Position numbers and translations under genes: made by a program
Part shown: positions 52,476 to 61,345 of the stretch, one piece after another
Position numbering within the stretch: position 1 is the stretch's first letter
Layout: each line of letters begins with the position of its first letter
Notes under the pieces: generated by a model
What the model was told of the DNA's origin: nothing
Seen by the model: the letters and a program-made list of their open reading frames with translations, nothing else
Databases searched by the model: none
IMG/VR virus record: IMGVR_UViG_3300035698_012408
DNA from: a virus
DNA length: 64,000 nt
Direction: 5' to 3' (one strand)

Positions 52476-53357
52476 TCATTCTTCGGATCTTCGGTTGTAA
52501 AAGGCGTCAACCAGTCGGTCGACGTCAGTAGCACCCGCCGGGTGGCAAATGTCTGCTTGGTAGACGAACGCCGATATTTGCGTACCGTTCGCGTCTGTTG
52601 CACACACGAGCTCTTCCTCTGCCGCCGTCTGAGTGTCGCGGTCAACCACGAGAAACGTCGTCAACGGTATCATGTCGTACGGGCAGCGGATGTCCTGGAC
52701 TGACCCGCCGTGAACTGAAACCACGACAAGGGGATTATCCAACATCGCGATGACCCGATCGGCGAGAGTCTCGGTCTGGCAGGTGGCGAGCAGGTCCTCC
52801 GGTTCCCCGGGGATACGTCGCTCGACACGCCATCGGTCGTTCGCCCGGTTGTGCCGCTTCACCAGATTGCCATCTTCCTGTTCGCCCGACACGGCTGGGC
52901 CGCGGACCGGTAGGACGTCAGTAATAGGCCGAGGCATCTCAGTAGGCCCCAGCGGTATCTCGCTGCACGGGTTGTTGGTACGCGGTACGTCAAAGAGCGC
53001 CCCCGGCGATGACACGTATTCCGTAACAGCCCACGTGATCACTGTCGGAACCATTCCGCTGTTGGAATCCGGGACGCTGTTGCCCCGCATCTCTCGCTGT
53101 ATATCGCCGCGGGTGTACCACTCCTGCCCGTGGGTCGTATCACCGCGCTGTAAATAGCCTTGTATGAGTTCGCCGATGCGGTTTTGCCCGACGTAGCAGC
53201 TAAGTCGCTCAGATATGGCAGCCACCGGAACTACTAAACCTTCCGGTTCGCGCGACACCCGTATGTGGTTGCCGGCGTTATCCAACTGCACGATTGTCCG
53301 ATGCCACTGATCGTCGTCGCCGAGCCGATTTGCGTGCAAGATCAAGTGCCATGCCAT
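52476..53357 (-). CDS. hypothetical protein
   Basis: 293 aa, TAATG coupling. Confidence 0.6.
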   Translation of the reverse strand: MAWHLILHANRLGDDDQWHRTIVQLDNAGNHIRVSREPEGLVVPVAAISERLSCYVGQNRIGELIQGYLQRGDTTHGQEWYTRGDIQREMRGNSVPDSNSGMVPTVITWAVTEYVSSPGALFDVPRTNNPCSEIPLGPTEMPRPITDVLPVRGPAVSGEQEDGNLVKRHNRANDRWRVERRIPGEPEDLLATCQTETLADRVIAMLDNPLVVVSVHGGSVQDIRCPYDMIPLTTFLVVDRDTQTAAEEELVCATDANGTQISAFVYQADICHPAGATDVDRLVDAFYNRRSEE

Positions 53358-53620
53358 TATTTAGGTTTCCCCTCCCGGGTTCGACCGAGCTCCTGCAACT
53401 CCCACATCCGTAACGCTTTCCGCATCCGCCAGCTGAGCGGCACGATTACGCATGCGCCGACAATGGACATGATCCGTGTCGGTAGCGGTGTCTCGGGCAG
53501 GCAGATCAATAAAAGCAACAGCCCCGTAACGAGGCCAGTCAGAAAGTACGCGAAATGCCCGAGGCATCGCATCCGACCCACGCGTACAGCTCGCGATTGT
53601 TCTGTTTCTTGCTGTCTCAT
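53357..53620 (-). CDS. small membrane protein (2 predicted TM helices)
   Basis: Hydrophobic stretches FAYFLTGLVTGLLLLLICL and IMSIVGACVIVPL. Confidence 0.55.
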   Translation of the reverse strand: MRQQETEQSRAVRVGRMRCLGHFAYFLTGLVTGLLLLLICLPETPLPTRIMSIVGACVIVPLSWRMRKALRMWELQELGRTREGKPK

Positions 53621-53868
53621 TATTCAGGTGTCCTCTCCAGGCGCCGTACCAACTCCCACCCAGCGGCGGTGTCGGCAGGATTCACCTTTCGTCGCCAGAT
53701 CATAGCGAATGTTGGTTGTAGTGACCCAGACCGCGCGTCGTCGAGGAGCCGCATGGCGTACGCCACCAGCGGCTCCAGGTTCTTGCGGTACTGGTAGCCG
53801 TAGTCCACACCTGCTCGCCGCAGCTGTAGACGGTAGTTGGTCGAGCCCCGAACGGTCTCGTTAGTCAT
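53620..53868 (-). CDS. hypothetical small protein
   Basis: Trimmed to the ATG at 53868 (MTNETVRG...). The longest ORF would overlap the 53861..54073 gene by 143 nt. Confidence 0.5.
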   Translation of the reverse strand: MTNETVRGSTNYRLQLRRAGVDYGYQYRKNLEPLVAYAMRLLDDARSGSLQPTFAMIWRRKVNPADTAAGWELVRRLERTPE

Positions 53869-54073
53869 CCTCGTCGACATAGAAATTCTCCCCACCCTCC
53901 GGGCAGTTCTCGCGAAGCAGTGCGAGGCTTCGCTTGATCGAATTGTCTCCGGTGCCGAAACTCTCTTCGGAATGGCCACATTCTTTACAGGTGACACAAA
54001 CACCGGGAATCATATTACCTGAATCGTTTTCGAGCTCAACGAACTCGACAGTGCATTCAATCTTTTCCCGCAT
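53861..54073 (-). CDS. small zinc-ribbon-like protein
   Basis: 70 aa with C..VCVTCKECGH...C. Confidence 0.55.
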   Translation of the reverse strand: MREKIECTVEFVELENDSGNMIPGVCVTCKECGHSEESFGTGDNSIKRSLALLRENCPEGGENFYVDEDD

Positions 54074-54773
54074 TGGGATCTTCCTTTGCTAGTCTGCGCG
54101 GCCCCTCGTTGTCTGCCAGGAGCGGGGCCATGCTTGGGTGAATCGGCTCATCGCCGGTAACTTGGTAAATCTGTCGTTCATCCGGGACCATTGAGGCCTG
54201 CTCGTAGCCGGCCTTGGTGATGTGCCCGAGGTCGATGTTGAAGGCCACGAGCTGGGCAGGGTGATCGCCTGGGTGCATCGTGTGGTAGTGATCTTCGACC
54301 CGCGGAGAGTCACCGAACTCATCCAGCTCGTCGATGTCGAAGACGTCTTCCTCGGACCCGTCCCAGATGTGTGGCGACATCGCCACCATGCAGGTCGAGA
54401 GACAGTCGTCATCCTTCTCGGCCCAGTACACGGAGATCCCGTTGTGGGTGACGAGCAGGCCCTTGTCTTCGTCGGTTTCTGTGTCGATGATGTCAATGCT
54501 CGTATCAAGCAGCAGGTCTGGTACCGGCGGAGCGGTGTGCGGTCTGGTGCCGGTGCCGAGCAGAATCAACGCCAACAGGTGGCGGCGGCTGCCCTTAGCG
54601 GCTTCCGTCACGACGTGGAGCACCGCCGCATTGTCGCTGTCAAACTTGGCGTCTTTTCTGGTGCGTGTGAGCTGAACTTTCCCGTAAGCATCATTTGCAC
54701 CGAGTACCCAGCCCTCTCCTCGCGACGCGTCGTCATCGTCCGTTGTCCAGTATTTAGAGTAATTAGTTAGCAT
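54057..54773 (-). CDS. hypothetical protein
   Basis: 238 aa. Confidence 0.6.
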   Translation of the reverse strand: MLTNYSKYWTTDDDDASRGEGWVLGANDAYGKVQLTRTRKDAKFDSDNAAVLHVVTEAAKGSRRHLLALILLGTGTRPHTAPPVPDLLLDTSIDIIDTETDEDKGLLVTHNGISVYWAEKDDDCLSTCMVAMSPHIWDGSEEDVFDIDELDEFGDSPRVEDHYHTMHPGDHPAQLVAFNIDLGHITKAGYEQASMVPDERQIYQVTGDEPIHPSMAPLLADNEGPRRLAKEDPNAGKD

Positions 54774-55208
54774 TCAGATTATCTCCCTCAACTCAATACA
54801 GCATTGATGTAGGATGGCCATGTATATCCACCACGTGGTCTGTACGTCGTCCGGCAAAAACACCGGAAGCGGCGGGTACTGCATGCGACACAAGCGATCA
54901 ACTGCCAGTGTCATCACACGTTTCTTTAGATCCGCCCAGTTGCGGATCATTTGCGAACGCAGCATTGAATCCTGCTCGCAGATGTAATCTCGCAACTCGT
55001 CGAACGTGTTGCTAAGAGGTCGCTCCCAGATGAAGAAGGAATCGTGGACGGCCCACGCCCGCGACTCGCCCGCATGTCTTGCGAGTTCAGCGAAGAACGG
55101 CGTGAGCGACTCTCCACGTTTCTCTGCGTCTTCGGCAGCTTCCGCCACGGTAATATCACCGTAGCGGGTTAGCATGTCGTCAATACGACGGTGGATAAAT
55201 TTACCCAC
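54774..55208 (-). CDS. hypothetical protein
   Basis: GTG start coupled to the upstream stop (TAGTG). Alternative ATG at 55175. Confidence 0.55.
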   Translation of the reverse strand: MGKFIHRRIDDMLTRYGDITVAEAAEDAEKRGESLTPFFAELARHAGESRAWAVHDSFFIWERPLSNTFDELRDYICEQDSMLRSQMIRNWADLKKRVMTLAVDRLCRMQYPPLPVFLPDDVQTTWWIYMAILHQCCIELREII

Positions 55209-55615
55209 TATTCTGTACGCGTGAAGGTAAAACAGTCCGCACCCTTGATACGGTTGCCGACGAAGGTTCGACCATTACGCCGGAACGTGATTCGGCGACC
55301 GGCGACCGTGACGTCCTCGCTGACAGTCAGACCGGTCCACGTCCGCACTATCTGCATTTTTCCCATATTCTTCAGGTAGAACATACCCTCTTGGCCGATC
55401 TCGCAGCGGTCGTCCAGCCCGGCGATCAACGCTTCGTCCAACAGTTTGTTGTGGATCTTGGCGTTCTCTTCCGAGACGTCGACTTTGCCGAGATTTGGTT
55501 CGTAAGTACCACGCTCCTTGAACACCATCAGGTGTCCGAGGAGCTGATCATCAGCGGTCGTGATCAGTGAGCCCACATGCTTGAGTTCAGTCGTCATCAG
55601 TTCATTCTCCTTCAT
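55208..55615 (-). CDS. hypothetical protein
   Basis: 135 aa. Confidence 0.55.
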   Translation of the reverse strand: MKENELMTTELKHVGSLITTADDQLLGHLMVFKERGTYEPNLGKVDVSEENAKIHNKLLDEALIAGLDDRCEIGQEGMFYLKNMGKMQIVRTWTGLTVSEDVTVAGRRITFRRNGRTFVGNRIKGADCFTFTRTE

Positions 55616-55633
55616 GGATTGAACGTGTAGAAA

Positions 55634-55855
55634 TTAAGACGGGTCTTCCGTCAGTCTTACTGTGATAACATGATCGTCTTCGACCACAGCAGGCGGCACG
55701 GCCATGTGTGCCATGTAGAGCAGGGAGAGGCCAAGGGCCGCGGCCCACATGGCGAGATGAAATCGACCGGCGTGGATCGCGCAGAACGAGATACCGACAC
55801 CGAGACCGCCAATAGTTCCTAGAATTTCACAAAGTAACATAGAGATTCCTTTCAT
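55634..55855 (-). CDS. small membrane protein (2 TM)
   Basis: MLLCEILGTIGGLGVGISFCAI and LAMWAAALGLSLLYMAHMAV. Confidence 0.55.
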   Translation of the reverse strand: MKGISMLLCEILGTIGGLGVGISFCAIHAGRFHLAMWAAALGLSLLYMAHMAVPPAVVEDDHVITVRLTEDPS

Positions 55856-55877
55856 GCAGTTTCCTTACACCGTCCGA

Positions 55878-56063
55878 CTAATACCGTCCGGCGGTAGCGT
55901 CTTCCCAGTCTAATTCCGGTCGACCTTTTAAGCACCATAACGCGTGCAGTGCGTCGTACCGACCGTGGATGTAATTGATAGCATCCAGGAATTCCGGGTG
56001 GTGGAGCTGTGCCCACTCCACTAACTCAAAAATACTAGGTTCATACGTAGTCTTGTCAGCCAA
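55878..56063 (-). CDS. hypothetical small protein
   Basis: TTG start with AGGAGGTG 5-6 nt upstream. Confidence 0.5.
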   Translation of the reverse strand: MADKTTYEPSIFELVEWAQLHHPEFLDAINYIHGRYDALHALWCLKGRPELDWEDATAGRY

Positions 56064-56077
56064 TTGACACCTCCTAA

Positions 56078-56617
56078 CTAGGGCATTGCGTCGTAGTCCA
56101 CGATATTCTGCGTGGGCGGCGAGACAGCTAAGACCTCAACAAGCATGTACCGTGGCTGGAAAACACCCAGACACGCGGAACACGTGTAATCTGCGAACGC
56201 TGCACCACCCTTCGTGAGCAGCCGCCCGCCCGTGATGTCGTCACAACCGCAATGCGGGCAACGTACACCGCCGCCGCGAATGAAGTCTTCAGCGTGGGTA
56301 GCTGTCAACTCTTTGTAGGCGCCGCGCTCGATCGTGAGCCGATACACGTTCTTGGCGTGTTCGAGCTCGTACTCCTGATCAATGGGGCTCGGCCAGCCGC
56401 ACGAGTGTCGCAGCTCTTCGCCTTTCTTATTCAGCAAGTACAGATCCAGCACCGGGCAGCCGCCGTCGGCGTGTGCTTTGACCGTCAGACGCATCCGTGT
56501 GCCGTCCTTGAAGGACTCGTTAAATTCATGTACAACCTCGCCGGGTCGACGGGGTTCACTTAACCCGTTGTCAAGATCATCGTTGATTCCAGTGACCTGA
56601 CGCCCTTCCAGGTGCAT
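56078..56617 (-). CDS. hypothetical protein with C-terminal CPHCGC...CSAC zinc ribbon
   Basis: Trimmed to the ATG at 56617, 7 nt after the upstream stop. Confidence 0.55.
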   Translation of the reverse strand: MHLEGRQVTGINDDLDNGLSEPRRPGEVVHEFNESFKDGTRMRLTVKAHADGGCPVLDLYLLNKKGEELRHSCGWPSPIDQEYELEHAKNVYRLTIERGAYKELTATHAEDFIRGGGVRCPHCGCDDITGGRLLTKGGAAFADYTCSACLGVFQPRYMLVEVLAVSPPTQNIVDYDAMP

Positions 56618-56624
56618 GGTTTTA

Positions 56625-57854
56625 CTATACAGCATGCTGTTTCTCACTTTCATCATGCGGCTTGTCCACCTCGATAACACGCTGCCGCTCCACCGGGAGG
56701 CCGGCGGCTTTTGCAACGAGTTGCATCGTGGCGTCCATCTTAGCCGCCTTGCCATTGGTTCCGTGAATATCGTCTCGCGTATCGATCATATCCTGGAGGA
56801 ACTTCGGTGTCGGCATGGCGTCATTCTTGCCAGCTTCCTGCACGCGTATGGCTGCATCCAGCAGCTCACGACATGGAAGCATAGGCCGCGACGGAATCAT
56901 ACTGACCGAGGTGCCATACCAGTTAATGCCATGCTCCCGAAGGAGCACGTGGGCCCGCTCCTCATAGAAGCATACCTGACCATTATTGGCCCGGTACGCC
57001 TTGACGAAGTCGCGTTGCCACGGCTCCATGTGCTGCCTTTGCAGCCACTGCTTAGCTCGCCGGAAATCAGCCACCATAGACCAGCGACGTAGGAAACTGT
57101 CGATAAACTCGGCGGTCATCCAGCCTGTTTCCCACTTATGTTTGCCGCCCGGCTTGGGGGCAGGCCGTGGTTGGTACGCATCCTCAACTCTGCGTGTGAA
57201 CAAGCCTCGTAGGATGTCATGAAATGACATATCATTAGCTCGGCCGACGTCGTACGCGTTGAGCCCATTGCTCACGCCCTCGCTGATGTCCGCGAAATGC
57301 TCGAACGCGTGGTCTTGCAGGTTGTAATCCACGTGAGGGTCGGTAGCGAGGTAATCCGCGGCTTCGAGCCCTACGTCCGACATACCGTTCTCACGACGCC
57401 TGCGTCTTTCAGCACCCAGCCGGTCGCAGAAATCATCTGCGAGCCCTTCCAGGTACTCTTCGTCTGTCAGGTACTGACGATCGTCCATCGCATCACCAGC
57501 CGTAACGATCCTATCGCCATGCCAGCTGCCGGCAAACGTCGGCACGATGGTACGACACATAATCATCTCGTCGTCTTCGGTACGCTCATGCCGATGGTTG
57601 TAGGGGCCAGCCCACTCTGCATGTATCATTTCCCACGGTTCCGGGTCGAACTTGGTTTGCTTATCCGACTCGTACACAGTGCGGCAGAGGTCTCCCATGC
57701 CTTCGCCGTTGCCGCAAGCAGTCAGGACGGCGAGGGCGGTCATAATGCCGTCGCTTGAACATCCGAATTCCAGCAACTTACTGCCGTCCCCAAACGGGTG
57801 CGGCGAGATAAATTCCTTCTTGTCGAGGTTCACGATCACGTAATACTGGCCCAT
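56625..57854 (-). CDS. hypothetical protein
   Basis: 409 aa, TAATG coupling. Confidence 0.6.
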   Translation of the reverse strand: MGQYYVIVNLDKKEFISPHPFGDGSKLLEFGCSSDGIMTALAVLTACGNGEGMGDLCRTVYESDKQTKFDPEPWEMIHAEWAGPYNHRHERTEDDEMIMCRTIVPTFAGSWHGDRIVTAGDAMDDRQYLTDEEYLEGLADDFCDRLGAERRRRRENGMSDVGLEAADYLATDPHVDYNLQDHAFEHFADISEGVSNGLNAYDVGRANDMSFHDILRGLFTRRVEDAYQPRPAPKPGGKHKWETGWMTAEFIDSFLRRWSMVADFRRAKQWLQRQHMEPWQRDFVKAYRANNGQVCFYEERAHVLLREHGINWYGTSVSMIPSRPMLPCRELLDAAIRVQEAGKNDAMPTPKFLQDMIDTRDDIHGTNGKAAKMDATMQLVAKAAGLPVERQRVIEVDKPHDESEKQHAV

Positions 57855-58687
57855 TATTCAGTCCAGTTCTGCATTTCTTTTTTGAGATTTCTGTAAACGT
57901 AACGTGCCGTCACGTCTTCGCGTGCTGGTGTGTTAATCACCGAGTATCCGACAGCTTCCAGCGACCAGACCACTTCACTCGCAACCTCGTGACGCGCCTC
58001 ATTCTGCGCGTACACGTAGTCGTCAATGCCGCCGCAGGAGCTTTCATATTCGTTATCATGCTTAATGACGAATTCACAATGCACCCGCCACCACTCCCAG
58101 CCGTTGAGATACCACTGGGTCAGCTGCGCAACGTAGCGGCGTTCCCAGAGTGCTGTCATCTCAGCAGCTACTTGCTTGCTGGCGCCGTTATATCGCATGT
58201 GCTGGAAGAATCCAGCTTTATTATCCTGCGCATGATCGCAGTCCTTGATATGCACACGAAACGTCTCGCCGTCAGAGTGGGCGTAGCCCTGACACTCCTG
58301 AAACTGATCAGACGTCGTGCGACTGTAACCGACGTTACATTTATGGCACCACTCTGTGAACATTTCGCGACTGTGGTCCCAGCCGTCATTCTCCACCCAC
58401 GGAGCGGTCATCCCCTCATCTTGCGACACGAGCGTGGCTTCAAACACGTCGTCGTATTCAATAAAACACGGCATGGAGACCTTACTAGCCTCCTCGACCG
58501 TTACTAGACCGTGCGTACCTGTGTTAGTACACGAAGTTTTCGTCTCAATATGCAGGGTGCTGTCTTCACGCCACCGCGATTCGGTGGTGTGAAAACCGCC
58601 GCCCTCCCGTTCCGTTACTGTCCGAAACTCCTCTTCCGGGGCATCCGGGGTGAGGGGATCTAAGACGATGGAACGCAGTTGCCGCAT
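57854..58687 (-). CDS. hypothetical protein
   Basis: 277 aa, TGATG coupling. Confidence 0.6.
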   Translation of the reverse strand: MRQLRSIVLDPLTPDAPEEEFRTVTEREGGGFHTTESRWREDSTLHIETKTSCTNTGTHGLVTVEEASKVSMPCFIEYDDVFEATLVSQDEGMTAPWVENDGWDHSREMFTEWCHKCNVGYSRTTSDQFQECQGYAHSDGETFRVHIKDCDHAQDNKAGFFQHMRYNGASKQVAAEMTALWERRYVAQLTQWYLNGWEWWRVHCEFVIKHDNEYESSCGGIDDYVYAQNEARHEVASEVVWSLEAVGYSVINTPAREDVTARYVYRNLKKEMQNWTE

Positions 58688-58956
58688 CAGCTTTCGTCCG
58701 CGTTTTCGTCCGCGGCTTCGCCCTCGGCCGACTCCGTACCAAGATCAAAAGTCCGATCCTCTTCGTCGTCATCGGATGAACCTTCATCCGGGGATGGTGG
58801 TGACAGGTCTTCCGCCACGCTGTCCCAGAAATTTTTGATCCGATCGGCAACCGACCCGTCGAGGATCTGTTCCTCTCCGCTGTGATAGCAGATGCGGATA
58901 CTCACGTCGCCCGCGTTCTCCGGTTCCGCGTCAGCGATATACGCTATCGAGAACAT
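58687..58956 (-). CDS. hypothetical small protein with poly-acidic C-terminus
   Basis: Trimmed to the ATG at 58956, 1 nt after the RNase H stop. Tail DEGSSDDDEEDRTFDLGTESAEGEAADENADES. Confidence 0.5.
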   Translation of the reverse strand: MFSIAYIADAEPENAGDVSIRICYHSGEEQILDGSVADRIKNFWDSVAEDLSPPSPDEGSSDDDEEDRTFDLGTESAEGEAADENADES

Positions 58957-58957
58957 G

Positions 58958-59695
58958 TTAATTCGGATGCTGCTGGCCGGTATCGTTATGAATGGCATTG
59001 TTGACATTTTCCGTGTGCTCCTCTGATGGATTGATGTGATAGATGTCGATCGCCTCACCCGTCTCCGGGTCAGCAAATCGAATCTGGGCAACGGCCTCCA
59101 AGGCTCGCTGCGTGATGCCTTCCGGGAAGTCAACGTGCTTCGCGGCCTGCTGGAGCTCCCGCCGGGCCATGCCGGCGATCAGATCCGCAGTCCAGTTAAG
59201 CTGTGACGTCGAGCGGTTGGCCCAATGAAAGTGGCAGTGGTAGCCGAGCCGCCGAAACTCTCGCATGGCGGACCAGTACGCAATGTTAGCCCGTGGCAGC
59301 TCGCCACTAGGCATCATTGCTTTCGTGCCCCAGCGGGCGACGGTCTGGCTGTCCGTGATAATATGGACGTTGATCAGCCCACGAGTACGCAGACGCTCAC
59401 GGCCATATTTTGCGTCAAACCAAGACAGGGCCTGAAGATACGGCATCGACTCCGCGGAGTTGATTGAGCCGAGATTCATCGCGCCCCACACGATCTTGCG
59501 GAAGCGGGTCTGGCTGTCTATGAGCACACCAGACCAGCCGCAAGCAGTGTTCCAGCCTGCGCCGCTGCCATCGCCTACAATGAGCAAATCCCACTTGGGT
59601 GAGCCGATACGCTCAAGAACCGCCTGGAGTAGCTCCACCTCCGGGACTCGGTGTTTGTCCGGCTTCGAGCGACTGGAGTTCCTGCTTTTTGCCAT
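58958..59695 (-). CDS. rnhA: RNase H (type 1, RNase HI-like)
   Basis: DEDD-type residues in order: LLIVGDGSG, SINSAESMPYLQAL, HIITDSQTV, NWTADLIAGMA. Start uncertain: ATG at 59695 (83-nt overlap with the upstream gene) or GTG at 59638. Confidence 0.75.
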   Translation of the reverse strand: MAKSRNSSRSKPDKHRVPEVELLQAVLERIGSPKWDLLIVGDGSGAGWNTACGWSGVLIDSQTRFRKIVWGAMNLGSINSAESMPYLQALSWFDAKYGRERLRTRGLINVHIITDSQTVARWGTKAMMPSGELPRANIAYWSAMREFRRLGYHCHFHWANRSTSQLNWTADLIAGMARRELQQAAKHVDFPEGITQRALEAVAQIRFADPETGEAIDIYHINPSEEHTENVNNAIHNDTGQQHPN

Positions 59696-60053
59696 CGATC
59701 TGCTCCTGGAGATTTGCAATTTCCAACTGCATACCTCCCATGTGTTTGTCAATCTCCCGAATCGTCTCAAACGCATTTTCGAGCTGGATGCGGAGACAAC
59801 CATGCAGCTGCATGCTCATGTGCATGATCTCGGCCGGCTGTCGAAGCGGCCCGTTGCGTCCCATGATCACGCCGAACGGCAGACGATCTTGTGGTATTTC
59901 GTAACTGGGGACGATCGCGACCCCTTCGAGCTCTGGCACCAGTTGCAGCAGATCACCAGCGAATTGCTGTGCTCTCTCCACAACTTCATCAGAGAATGCC
60001 TTGCGTACCGGAATGATAGGCTCCGTCGCGGCGGTAGGTTCATCACTACTCAT
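59613..60053 (-). CDS. hypothetical protein (C-terminal coiled coil)
   Basis: 146 aa, ATGA coupling. Confidence 0.55.
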   Translation of the reverse strand: MSSDEPTAATEPIIPVRKAFSDEVVERAQQFAGDLLQLVPELEGVAIVPSYEIPQDRLPFGVIMGRNGPLRQPAEIMHMSMQLHGCLRIQLENAFETIREIDKHMGGMQLEIANLQEQIDGKKQELQSLEAGQTPSPGGGATPGGS

Positions 60054-60472
60054 CGATCATACCTCGCATCTGGGAATAAAGCGTTAAGAAGCGTACCCGC
60101 CCTACTCGCGGCGAGCGAGTAGACGGGCAGCTTCAAAAGAAAAACAGCCCAGGTCGCAGTTACGAACAGGGCTGGGAAAAAACACAACAACGCCAACAAA
60201 TACGGCGTATGATGGGAAAGGCAGAAGCTGCACGACACCAGCTCTGCTAGGATCGGTGGTACGAGCTTGTCCGCGACACGCATAAGAAACGGAAGTTTCT
60301 CTCCGCCATCGTCGTCGTCGATGGGTGTGTCGTCAACGGGGATACTGGTGGGCGGTTCATCAGCCTTATCTTGAAAGAAGGCTCGCCAGTCGGCGAAGAT
60401 GCTACCGTTTTTCCACACGTCTACCAGCCCGGAGGCGGCCAAGGTCAAAACTAGAAAATCAAGAAGACTCAT
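60050..60472 (-). CDS. membrane protein, DUF1360-like
   Basis: N-terminal TM helix, then AELVSCSFCLSHHTPYLLALLCFFPALFV (C-x2-C followed by TM helices, as in DUF1360). Confidence 0.55.
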   Translation of the reverse strand: MSLLDFLVLTLAASGLVDVWKNGSIFADWRAFFQDKADEPPTSIPVDDTPIDDDDGGEKLPFLMRVADKLVPPILAELVSCSFCLSHHTPYLLALLCFFPALFVTATWAVFLLKLPVYSLAASRAGTLLNALFPDARYDR

Positions 60473-60747
60473 GTTCTCGCTCTTTTTCTCTGTCGAGGGT
60501 TAGCGCGAGAGATTCTACGCGGCTGTGGTTGGGGCTGTGGTCGCGGTTGTCCCGCTTTCACTGCCGCCGCCGCTTCCTCGCTGTCGATGTCTTTTTGATC
60601 TAGTTGGTTGCAAAAATGCGACACAAAGTAAATTGCGACTCCGCACACGATTCCCGGTACTATCAAACCCGTGACGACCATGAAAAGTCCCACGGCGGGT
60701 ATCGTAACACTTGCGTAGCCTGCGAACGTCTCTTCGCCTGTTCGCAT
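60469..60747 (-). CDS. small membrane protein (2 TM) with basic P/Q-rich tail
   Basis: Trimmed to the ATG at 60747 with AAAGGA upstream. VTIPAVGLFMVVTGLIVPGIVCGVAIYFV. Confidence 0.5.
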   Translation of the reverse strand: MRTGEETFAGYASVTIPAVGLFMVVTGLIVPGIVCGVAIYFVSHFCNQLDQKDIDSEEAAAAVKAGQPRPQPQPQPRRISRANPRQRKRART

Positions 60748-60782
60748 GGTAATCCTTTCACCGGCAGCCCTCGGGCTTTCCG

Positions 60783-61028
60783 CTAGGTGATCTCCTCCTC
60801 GCCTATTCCCCAAGGCCAGGGCGAAGTGTGACCCGCGTCCGGCGGGTGATCGTTCTCACGCTGGAGAACGTCTGGGGTAGGGAACGGCGGTGACAGCGGA
60901 ATTGTATGCACCAAATTGTCACATAGGTTCGATCGAGGCGTGGGGAGACGCCGCGTATTTCGCCCAGCTGGCAGCCTGCGCTCTTGATAAAGTTTGGCTG
61001 ATCCACTCAAATTAGGTGTTTCTGGCAT
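60783..61028 (-). CDS. questionable small ORF (Pro-rich)
   Basis: ATG at 61028 with CGGAG upstream and a TTGCGT-N18-TATTAT-like element upstream of that. The composition is not convincingly protein-like. Confidence 0.25.
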   Translation of the reverse strand: MPETPNLSGSAKLYQERRLPAGRNTRRLPTPRSNLCDNLVHTIPLSPPFPTPDVLQRENDHPPDAGHTSPWPWGIGEEEIT

Positions 61029-61105
61029 GGTTCTACTCCGTTTCGCATTTGCAATAAAGCTCGAACTATGCCTATAATAACCGCTAACACCCAGGTAACG
61101 CAAGG

Positions 61106-61345
61106 TTAGGGCGTCGGACTTTGTGGCTTCCGAGCCACGGGACCGCCTTCTACCGCGGGTGCTGAGGACGCAGGGGACCGCAAAGAACCGAGTCCCTTGC
61201 AGATCGCGACACAAAGACACCACAGTGCGGTAAGTAGGCCCACGACTACGCTCCAAGCGTAGGTAGCCAATGTTTCACAGCCGTTTTCAAACCATTGAAA
61301 TCCCGGCTCTTCCGGCGCTTCGCCAGATTTTGTATCATAATCCAT
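61106..61345 (-). CDS. small membrane protein (1 TM)
   Basis: TLATYAWSVVVGLLTALWCLCVAICKGL. Its ATG shares the CATG tetranucleotide with the terL ATG on the other strand. Confidence 0.45.
   Translation of the reverse strand: MDYDTKSGEAPEEPGFQWFENGCETLATYAWSVVVGLLTALWCLCVAICKGLGSLRSPASSAPAVEGGPVARKPQSPTP

Noticed and set aside
60783-61256. 157-aa version of the minus-strand ORF
   Set aside because: Its upstream half overlaps the 61106..61345 ORF out of frame and is Arg/Ser-rich. I listed only the ATG-initiated 81-aa part, as questionable.
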